A DNA stretch of 64,000 bases from Eledone cirrhosa. Taxonomy: Eukaryota. The stretch spans positions 178,250,001 to 178,314,000 of the forward strand of contig OZ024742.1 in assembly GCA_964016885.1 (NCBI GenBank), given 5' to 3'. The notes under the pieces are model-generated. The model was not told the DNA's origin. It was given only the letters and a program-made list of their open reading frames with translations, and did not search any database. Within the stretch, counting starts at the first letter, position 1. The number at the start of each line of letters is the position of its first letter. Positions 1 to 9,099 of the stretch are shown here, piece by piece. Made by a program: the position numbers and the translations under genes.

Positions 1-51
1 GTATGTATGTATGTGTATGTATGTATGTGTATGTATATATATGTATGTATA

Positions 52-102
<51 letters not shown>

Positions 103-311
103 CTTTATTATTATTGTAATATAACTTATGTGTATATGTGTATAAGTGAGGTTGTGTATGTATATATACTATGTGTATATATAAGAGTAATGAAATATAT
201 ATATATATATGTATATGTGCATGTCTGTATTTTATGTGTGTGTGTATATATATATGTGTATGTGTGTATATATGTATGTATATATACATATATGTGTACG
301 TGTGTGTATGT

Positions 312-348
<37 letters not shown>

Positions 349-458
349 TGGGTGTTTGTATGTGTTTTTATGGTGGTATGAGTGTGAGGATATATATGTT
401 TGTATATGTGTATGTATATGTATGTATATATATGTATGAGTCTATGTGTGTGTGTATA

Positions 459-497
<39 letters not shown>

Positions 498-680
498 ATG
501 TGTGTATGTGTTGCGCGTGTGTGTGTGTGTATTTATATCTTTTTATATGTGTATGTGTATGTTCGTGTAAATGTATGTGTGTGTATGACAGTATAGGTAT
601 GTGTGTATGTATGTATGTGTAGATATCTCTATGTGCGCGTACATGTATGTATGTGTATGTATATCTGTATGCGTATGTAC
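1..680. repeat. Compound (TA)n/(TG)n/(TATG)n microsatellite
   Basis: Directly visible; the Y/I/V/C-rich ORFs here are translation artefacts. Confidence 0.95.
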
Positions 681-1099
681 ATTATATTATATGTATTATA
701 TTTTATTGTTTTCATTTTTTTATTTTTCTTAATTTATAGATACATTTATATTAGGCTGTCTGGTCTGACAATCTAATACTGACCCCTCCCCCCCCCCTCC
801 CACCTAATTTCTGTATCTTGATCTTGAAATGTGTGTACCAGTGTTTTTATGTGAGTGACTTAATTTCTATTTGCTTATGATTTTATATCCACATATATAA
901 ATGTGAGTGGGGGAGTGTGTGTGTTTGTATGTTCGTGGTTATGTGTATATTTATACATATACGCACATGTATGTGTGATTATACTGATATGTGTGAGTAT
1001 GAAAAAAATATATTTATATGCTTGACTCCATAAGTATCATTGCGTATCTTATCAGCGCATTAAGCTTACAGAGATATTAACCTTGAAATTTTGTATTTA

Positions 1100-1607
1100 C
1101 ATCCATCTTTTTAGTATGCACATACAAATTATACACACATTATTGTAAAATATGTGTAAGGTTTTTACATGTATATACACACACCAAACTGTTTTTTAAC
1201 CCTTTGTGTTTTCATTGGTCAATTTTGAACTGATATTTTGAATTGTTGTTATTATCAATAAATATACTTCATTATTTCTGAAGACGGCGTATATATGAGT
1301 TAGGTATGTATATTTAATCTTGATAATTTGTATAATTTTGTATAATTTTGTACATAGATCTGTTAAATATGCATACCAATTATAACACATATATACCCTA
1401 GAAACGATCGTTAAATAGTGAACTTTTTTTGTTTAATATAAGGAATTGTTTGTTCATTATTTGTTTAATATTTTATCTTGACTCTGTATACCGTTTATCT
1501 TTCACCGAAATTGGATTTTCATTACATCTCTTCTTTCCATGATATCCGGAATACATTGAGTTCTTCATACGGATTGGACACTACCGTAAACTCTTGGTAG
1601 ATTTATC

Positions 1608-1610
<3 letters not shown>
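1100..1610 (+). mobile_element. Non-coding PLE pLTR-like remnant (same family as 28785-29305); left boundary uncertain
   Basis: 1271-1610 is homologous to the reverse complement of 28785-29112; ends at a (TA)n tract; carries a hammerhead motif. Confidence 0.6.
1268..1422 (+). ncRNA. Type I hammerhead ribozyme with long stem II
   Basis: ttcattattt-CTGAAGA-[long hairpin]-GAAA-CGATCG-TT-aaatagtgaa: 10-bp stem I with one G.U, palindromic stem III, GUU cleavage triplet. Confidence 0.75.
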
Positions 1611-1647
<37 letters not shown>

Positions 1648-1779
1648 GAGGTTATATTTAATTTGTTGGGATACAACAAGCAAAATATTTTTATAACTGA
1701 TATAAAGCACTCAACAAATTATTGGAGTAAATACACAATATATTAACAAATGCAAGCTATATTTATAAAACCATATTTA

Positions 1780-1841
1780 TTTCATTATACATATTTCAAG
1801 GACCACCAAAGCAGATTATGGTGCGCTTTCATCAGATAAAA
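1780..1841 (-). ncRNA. Type I hammerhead ribozyme (inverted copy of 1983-2044)
   Basis: Minus strand reads ttttat-CTGATGA-aagcgcacca..tggtggtcctt-GAAA-TATGTA-TA-atgaaa. Confidence 0.65.
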
Positions 1842-1982
1842 TGTAATATACATTAGTTTTATAAATAAATATTGACATACCCTGAAAACTCCAACCGTGA
1901 CATACCCTGGAGACTCCAACCGTGAAGGTTGCATTTTTTCAGGGTATGTCAATATTTATTTATAAAACTAATCTATATTACA

Positions 1983-2044
1983 TTTTATCTGATGAAAGCG
2001 CACCATAATCTGCTTTGGTGGCTCTTGAAATATGTATAATGAAA
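1983..2044 (+). ncRNA. Type I hammerhead ribozyme
   Basis: ttttat-CTGATGA-aagcgcacca..tggtggctctt-GAAA-TATGTA-TA-atgaaa; stems I, II and a near-palindromic stem III all form; AUA triplet. Confidence 0.7.
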
Positions 2045-2092
2045 TAAATATGGTTTTATAAATATAGTTTCCATTTGTTAATATATTGTGTA

Positions 2093-2152
<60 letters not shown>

Positions 2153-2156
<4 letters not shown>

Positions 2157-2348
2157 AGGTCACTCTTGAGTGCTACTGGTAACATGTAAACCAGTACAAC
2201 CTGTTGTCGCATGGTCGGGTCGTCGGCGACTAAACTGGCAACCCACCAAGTTTACTTGGTGAGGAGGGTGATTTTGGACACCCTGCAGGACAAAAAACAA
2301 AACCTGACAAAGGGCGGAAGAACTGATGAGTCAACGGCCATCCAAAAA
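2153..2348 (+). mobile_element. SINE-like fragment with RTE-like 3' end (possibly Ceph-SINE related)
   Basis: GC-richer island between microsatellites; 3' end ...acggccatccaa resembles the adjacent RTE end ...atggacatccaa; family assignment is from memory only. Confidence 0.4.
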
Positions 2349-2407
2349 TGTGTAAATATGTATATACACATGTACATATATATGTGTATGTATATACGTA
2401 TGTATAT

Positions 2408-3079
2408 GCCTGGGGTGTCATGGAGGAGCATGTACCTCTGTAGGGGGTGGAGAAGCCATTCCCTTTTCAGGACAGCTCGTCCTGCATTGGGTCCCACCTG
2501 ACACTCAGCTCTCACCTGTGGCCCCAAGAAGCTGAGTTAGATAGAGAATGCCTGCCCCTGCATGCGAAGACTGGACTCGGCGGAGTGAGTGGAGGGGGAC
2601 AAAATCGTCTTAACAGTCACGAAGGCGGCGACAGCAAGCGGTGTGGAGCGTTAGGGCATGGCAAGGCACTACAGACGTCGCGGCCATCCACTGCAGCCAA
2701 GGAACTCCGTGGTCGTGACGGTCCTTCGTACCACCGGATTCTGGCTTCTGCGGCCGAGTGAGCGGGACCGTCACTGTGCACTGGCCCTCCTACTATAAAC
2801 CTTTCCCGCACAGGTTTCTTATTTAGCGTGCACTCCCAAAGCCCTGGGAATTAGCTCGCTACCGGATCGACATAGCCGCCCTCAGCGAGACTAGACTTGC
2901 CGAAGAAGGATCAGTAGCAGAACCGAAAGGAGGCTACACCTTCTTCTGGAAGGGCAATGCAAAGGACGATTCCCCGGACCTGCAAGTCAAGGATCGGCCT
3001 CCACAGCCACCTTCGTGCCCATGGCAGACGGGAGCTAAAATAAATAAGATGTCATCATCGTTTACGATGGACATCCAAG
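2408..3079 (+). mobile_element. Internally deleted RTE-clade LINE (5'UTR + APE fragment fused to extreme C-terminus and 3'UTR)
   Basis: 2848-2970 encodes ELARYRIDIAALSETRLAEEGSVAEPKGGYTFFWKG (RTE endonuclease), followed out of frame by RTCKSRIGLHSHLRAH..* (RTE C-terminal C2H2 motif). Confidence 0.85.
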
Positions 3080-3141
3080 GATATATATATATATACACAC
3101 ACACACATTCATTTACATACATATACATTTATATAAATGTG

Positions 3142-3211
<70 letters not shown>

Positions 3212-3261
3212 TGTATATATAAATATATACAATGTCAATTAGATTCCTAGGGATTTTTGTA

Positions 3262-3725
3262 CACCCAAATGATTTACAAATCGACCTTAAGTAGGAGCAA
3301 TAACTAAGAAAGACATGATCGACACCACATCATTTTGTACTGAAAATGTTGAAAGTAGGTTTATAAGTATAAATTTTCATAAGCTTTTCGTAGTTGGCTC
3401 AGTTGCCTAGCGGTAGGTACCAGAGACGGTGGAGATTCTGACCTTGAGTTCAATCCTGGTCAAGAGGTACATGTAATCTTTTTCAGTTTTTATTTTACAT
3501 AGAAAAAAACTGGAATGGTTTACCGGGAACCCTCATCCCGACCAGGATCGAACTTCAGACTAGGATCACCATCGTCTATGCTTTCTCCAACTAGGCCCCC
3601 GAGACAGCTACAAAAGTATCATGAAAATTTATAATTATAAACCTACTTTCAAAATCAAAGTTAAAAAGATGTGGCATTCCTAGAGCTATTAGTGATACTT
3701 AGTGTCGACTTGTCAATCTTCTGGC
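3262..3725. mobile_element. Fold-back (MITE-like) repeat with inverted tRNA-like halves, copy 1
   Basis: Imperfect palindrome (ttgaaagtaggtttataa / ttataaacctactttcaa; gttcaatcctggtc / gaccaggatcgaac); second copy at 4906-5372. Confidence 0.65.
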
Positions 3726-3821
3726 TCTTTGTTAAGAACCTTATTATTCCTATGTGTGTTTAACTGTTGAATTAATTTAATTTGATTCTCTTAACCAACA
3801 AATAATATATATATATATATA

Positions 3822-4600
3822 TAATTAGGAATATACTCAGGTATTTCCTAATGTGTGTTGAGTGAGTTGGAATTTGGCCGGAGTATCGCTATTAGCTTTC
3901 TCCGATTATGTATTTATATATTTACTCTTGGAGCAACAGATATGAACTTTCCCGATATAAGGTATGACTCTCTTTGTTTATTTTTTATATGAATATTGAT
4001 TGTTTGTTCTTGTATCTCATTCTGTTATTTTGCCCGAGAAAATATCTGTGTCATCAAGCGATGCGCACATATGGTTATTTTTTCATATCCAATTGAATTC
4101 TAGCACGTGGCTTGAATTCTTTTCAGAATTCATTGACCTGCGCATGTATTGTTTTTTGGTGGTAGTCTCCTTCCTCCTATTTTCGAGACAGTGAAATTTT
4201 CTTTAGAACTGTTGGACTAACAACCTAGCAGCTCCCTCAAGCACTGATGGTGATTATCGCTAAATATTGATGTTGATTTGGTTATCAATATTAATATTAT
4301 TGGGCACCCACTGAAGAATTATAAGAGCCCACTTGAATAAGTATCTGTTGATCTTATACAAGCTTCTACATAAATTGGTATAATTTCACCCAACTTGTAG
4401 AAATCTTATAGTGAAACGAGTCGTCTGGGAATTGGGAATTGATATATTTGATATATCTCATATGAAATGATACAGCCAATTTTCCACACAATACAATTAG
4501 TTAGCACCCGGAACGTTTAATTAGGAATATACACAGGTATTTCCTAATGTTTGTTGAGTGAGTTGGAATTTGGCCGGAGTATTAGCTTTCTCCGATTATG

Positions 4601-4610
<10 letters not shown>
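3822..4610 (+). mobile_element. Non-coding retrozyme-like or non-autonomous PLE unit, ~696-nt monomer with ~95-bp terminal direct repeat
   Basis: 3822-3921 recurs at 4518-4610; (TA)n on both sides; internal hammerhead; no recognisable ORF. Confidence 0.7.
4307..4429 (+). ncRNA. Type I hammerhead ribozyme with branched stem II
   Basis: ccca-CTGAAGA-attataaga..tcttatagt-GAAA-CG-agt-CG-TC-tggg; canonical GUC triplet. Confidence 0.8.
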
Positions 4611-4646
<36 letters not shown>

Positions 4647-4726
4647 GCAATTTTGAACCTAACTGACATGCAAAAACATATATATGTGAATAAGGTTAGC
4701 CCGAATCATTGTAGATTCAAATATCA

Positions 4727-4727
4727 C

Positions 4728-4806
<79 letters not shown>
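4727..4806. repeat. (GA)n microsatellite
   Basis: Direct. Confidence 0.95.
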
Positions 4807-4809
<3 letters not shown>

Positions 4810-4905
4810 GGGTGGAGAAATGAGTGCAACAGAAATGAATCATGGATTACAGGTTAAAATACATTCTAGATAGATGAGAAACAAAACGAGGGTGTAGTTT
4901 ATGGA

Positions 4906-5372
4906 ACACCCAAATGATTTAGAAGTCGACCTTAAGTAGGAACAATAACATTAAGAAAGACATGAACAACACCACATCATTTCGTACTGAAATGTTTGAA
5001 AGTAGGTTTATAAGTATGAATTTTTATAAGATTTTCTGTGGCCTAGCGGTAGGTTCTAGAGACGGTGGGGATCCTGGTCTTGGGTTCAATCCTGGTCAAG
5101 AGGTACATGTAATCTTTTTCAATTTTAATTTTACATCACATAGAAAAAAAACTGAAAAGGTTTACCGGGAACCCTCCCGACCAGGATCGAACTTCAGACT
5201 AGGGTCACCATCGTCTATGATTTCTCCAGCTAGGTCACCGAGACAGCTACAAAAGTATAATGGAAATTAATAATTATAAACCTATTTTCAAAATCAAAGT
5301 TAAAAAGATGTGGTGTCGTTCATGGCTTTCCTAGAGCTCTTAGTAATATTTAGAGTCGACTTCTGGTCATTA
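4906..5372. mobile_element. Fold-back (MITE-like) repeat, copy 2
   Basis: Colinear with 3262-3725; terminal arms agaagtcgac.. / ..gtcgacttct. Confidence 0.65.
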
Positions 5373-5589
5373 TTGAAAGTCTCTGGATTTCGCAAAATAC
5401 ATATTTTTTATTGGAGAATGTAAGATATATTTCCGCCAAAATTTGATTGCAGTTTTTTTTTCCACTTATGTATTTTTTGAAAATGTTATTTATTCATTAT
5501 AAAAATAAATGATAGCATTCTATATGTAGGTGGGCCATCTTCATTTCCTAGCAACCAATATTTTTAGACCCAGTTAGCCATTGTATGTT

Positions 5590-7075
5590 TATCTCTTTCT
5601 CTTAATTTCGAGTACATTTTTTTGACCGGCCACCTTCCTGGTGGCAAGGTTGTAAAAAAAAGAAATTGTCATCCCTTGAATCGCAAGAATGTTTTGCAAA
5701 TTTTGAAGGTGCCAGCTATCGCAGCCATTTGTAGACTATGAATTAGGGAGCTGCGCTTTTTGTCCGAAAATCCAAGTTCAGTCATACTTTGGTCCAAGCG
5801 GGTTGGTATATAACCCGTAGCTCCAATCATGATGGGTATGAAGCTAAAGGTGTATTTTGGATACTGGATTTGTAAACTCCTCATCAATGGTCCGTAGATG
5901 TCCTCCTTCTCCTGTATTTTTCTGACAACGTTTACATCAAGTGGGCAGCTGATCTCCACAACAGAACACGTTTTCAATGTGTGGTCCCAAACAACAATAT
6001 CAGGCCGGTTGTGCTTTAATTTGGTGGCAGTTTTTATTTTCAGGTTCCACCAGTATTCCTTAGTGCCATCTGTCTCAATATATTCTTCCTCGTTTGTTGT
6101 TAATTTTGTTTTCCGAAGTGCATTCCAGATGGTTCTAGCTATCCCATCGTGTCTCATGGGGAGGTAGTAGCGAGATGACATTATTTCGCAGCTGGCAACA
6201 ATGTGGCTTACATCCTCGATCTTTGTTTTTCATAGCCTACATTTATTGTCAGCTGCTGGCCCTCCTCTTTTGTGCAGCAGATATTTGGTAGGGAGTTCTT
6301 GTTCCTGTATTGCACCTCAAGGTGTGATGTCATAAACTTGTCGGAACTCCATGCCAGGCTTTTTGAGTGGTTTATCCCCTCTATGGTCTGTGTTTTACGC
6401 CTCAAGTATCCATGCACAACTTTTTCTGTAAATTGGTCAATTTTTTTATCTTGTTTGAACATTGCATAGGATCTTCCGATTTCTCTGGGTGAGAGATTTA
6501 TATCAGGCTTTATTCCATATCTCTTCTCCAGATCAGTCGCTATTCTAATGATATTTTTTTCTTCATGCTCATAAACCTGGGCAAGATGGTTGCCAACCTT
6601 TTTCCTCTGTTGAAGGTGTTGCTTCAGTGTTACTATCCGGGTCTCATATGATGTTAATATTGATTTTAGACCCCGGCCACCTTCCTTGCGTGAGAAGTAT
6701 AGCCTATCCACATCACCATTGATGTTAAAGTTCCCAGTAACACTGAGAAGTTTTCGAGTTCTAACTTCCATCTCATTTAGTTCTTGCAATGACCAGTTCA
6801 GCAGGCCAAATGTTGGCGTTAGAATTGGCACAGCATAAGTATTGTGGGCAATGTATTTGTTGTACGCTGACAGTTCTGATGACCATATTTTCTTTACTCT
6901 TCTGAGGTATTCAGTTCTGGTTCTCTCCTTATTTATGGGTCCATCATATCTGACATTCTCATCCTGTCTAAGATATCTGTAGTTGTCACCTGACTGCAGA
7001 GGTTGTATTGTCAGGCCGTTCATCTCTAGATTTCTAGAGGAGGGCACAGCTCTTCCACGTTCGGGAAACATTTAC
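5590..7075 (-). mobile_element. 5'-truncated RLE-type non-LTR retrotransposon (R4/Dong-like)
   Basis: RT thumb region, zinc knuckle and restriction-like endonuclease, plus short 3'UTR. Confidence 0.85.
5669..7071 (-). pseudogene. Disrupted C-terminal half of R4/Dong-like pol (thumb, CCHC, PD-(D/E)xK endonuclease)
   Basis: YRYL, DVDRLYFSRKEGGRGL, CRL*..EDVSHIVASC..YLPMRHD, NRPDIVVWD..VVEISCP..KEDIY; frameshift and stop near 6200-6320. Confidence 0.85.
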
Positions 7076-7177
7076 AGCTGACGATAGAAACTCCTTTCTT
7101 CCTTTCTCCTCTTGTTCCGTCCTAACCACCATCCTAAACCTTGTTTTTAGTAACCACACAGCTCCTTTCGTTTCATA

Positions 7178-7210
<33 letters not shown>

Positions 7211-7330
7211 ACAGGGAGAGAATGTGAGAAAGACAATCAAACAGGGTCAGAAACACAGATAGAGAGGCAGGCAGTTGAACAAGTGAGGGTGGAGAGAAAG
7301 GTATTTGAGAAATTAAGAGTGAGAAGTAAG

Positions 7331-7382
<52 letters not shown>

Positions 7383-7773
7383 GAGACAGACACACAGACA
7401 GATGGGCAGAATTAAAACAATACGACAGAATATATGGCTTACCATATCTACTCTAAACCAGCAATTACACAGTTGAAGAAATGTCGAAATATTTACATTG
7501 GTTAGACAAAGAATTTCAAGCAAAGATAATATTATTGTAAATGCAATATTGATATTCTATAATATTTTACTGTCATTTCTAACTGACTAGAGCTATATAT
7601 TCAGTTATTTCATGACAGATACACTTTTCTCTCTGTGTGCTTTGTTTTGCAGTCGCCATATTTCAACATATTTCTACTGAGACATTATTGATCTATCTAT
7701 CAACATCTGGGTTTGTCCACAAGTTCTTCGGAAAAATGACAAAATGATAAATCAAATACCTTAAATTATACAT

Positions 7774-7846
<73 letters not shown>

Positions 7847-7938
7847 ATAGATATATATACATTATATATACAAACATACACATATATATACATATGTGTG
7901 TGTGTGTATGTGTGTGTGCGTATAAATATATACATATA

Positions 7939-7972
<34 letters not shown>

Positions 7973-8019
7973 CACACACACATATGTATATATTTATACG
8001 CACACACACGCACACAGTT

Positions 8020-8430
8020 TTATAATGCATATAAAATATAACCGATTTCGATGTATCAGTGTAAACCATCTTATCAAATAATTGTTTCTACTTTAGGCAC
8101 AAGGCCAGCAATTACCAGTGCATTACTGGTACTTTATTTTATCGACCCCGTAAGGATGAAAGGCAAAGTCAACCTCGGCGGGATTTGAACTCAGATGGTA
8201 AAGGGACGTAACTATGCTGGAAAGCATGGCGTCCGACCCTCCACCGATACTGCCAATCCACCGACCATCTTATCAAATAATGAATATTACAATTAAAAAG
8301 AATTAAAAAGAATCCAAAATTAAAAATGTTTATTAGTGATCATCTTTCTTGTTGCGAAGACTGGGTCTAAAATGGAACCTTATATACAGTGAGATAGGTA
8401 GTCATAGTAGTAGTAGTAGAAGTAGTGTTG
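8020..8430 (-). repeat. Inverted partner of 14215-14435 (leader/pLTR of an older PLE), interrupted by a SINE
   Basis: Reverse complement aligns with 14215-14435 once 8083-8281 is removed. Confidence 0.65.
8083..8263 (-). mobile_element. tRNA-derived SINE (short subfamily) with 18-bp TSD
   Basis: A box TGGCAGTATCGG and B box GAGTTCAAATC on -; TSD accatcttatcaaataat at 8065-8082 and 8264-8281. Confidence 0.9.
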
Positions 8431-8458
8431 GTATATATATATATATATATATATACAT

Positions 8459-8561
<103 letters not shown>

Positions 8562-8675
8562 TAAGAGGAATTCCAACTTTGTCTGATTTACTCGTTTTAT
8601 TTACAATCCTTTAAAATATATATAATGGTATTATAATGAAATAGTATGATAGAATATTAAATTCTAAGTGTTAAT

Positions 8676-8714
8676 TGAACAAGTACTTTCATGCTTTCGC
8701 AATCTTCAGGTTCA
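8676..8714 (-). ncRNA. Minimal hammerhead ribozyme in 3' pLTR
   Basis: UGAAC-CUGAAGA-uUGC-gaaa-GCAu-GAAA-GUAC-UU-GUUCA. Confidence 0.75.
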
Positions 8715-9099
8715 TGATATGTGGTGACAGTCGAGTTTGCAATTTTCAACTGTAATGAAATGGGTAAATTTCCTACCTTTTATACATTTTATACAGAGAA
8801 AAGTGGCTCCAGAATGCAAAGCCCTGTAAACTGTATTTCGACCAATCAGTGTGTAGTTTCACTGAATTACTACAGCTGATTGGTTTAAGCGTCACGGCTG
8901 GTTGAGCATGCTAACGACCAATAGTCATACCCAACGTATCAATTGTTTTGCTTTTTGAAATGATGAAAATAGCATTTTCTATTAATCATCACCATCAACA
9001 TCACTTTTATTATTATTATTATTGTTGTTGTTGTTGTTGTTAGTGGTCGTGGTCATAGTTGTAGTAGAAGTAATACCCCTAGGCGTTATTATTGTTCAT

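Larger units (their letters stand above)
1645..2098. mobile_element. Fold-back PLE-like remnant between two (TA)n tracts
   Basis: Inverted arms ~1733-1888 and ~1933-2093; short tandem duplication gacataccctg..actccaaccgtga at the axis; each arm carries a hammerhead. Confidence 0.65.

Noticed and set aside
7-596. ORFs rich in Y/I/V/C/H/T/R/E (also near 7700-8570, 13900-14130, 43300-43670, 57980-58660)
   Set aside because: Translations of microsatellites
2323-2345. CTGATGAG resembling a hammerhead core
   Set aside because: No downstream GAAA or closing stems
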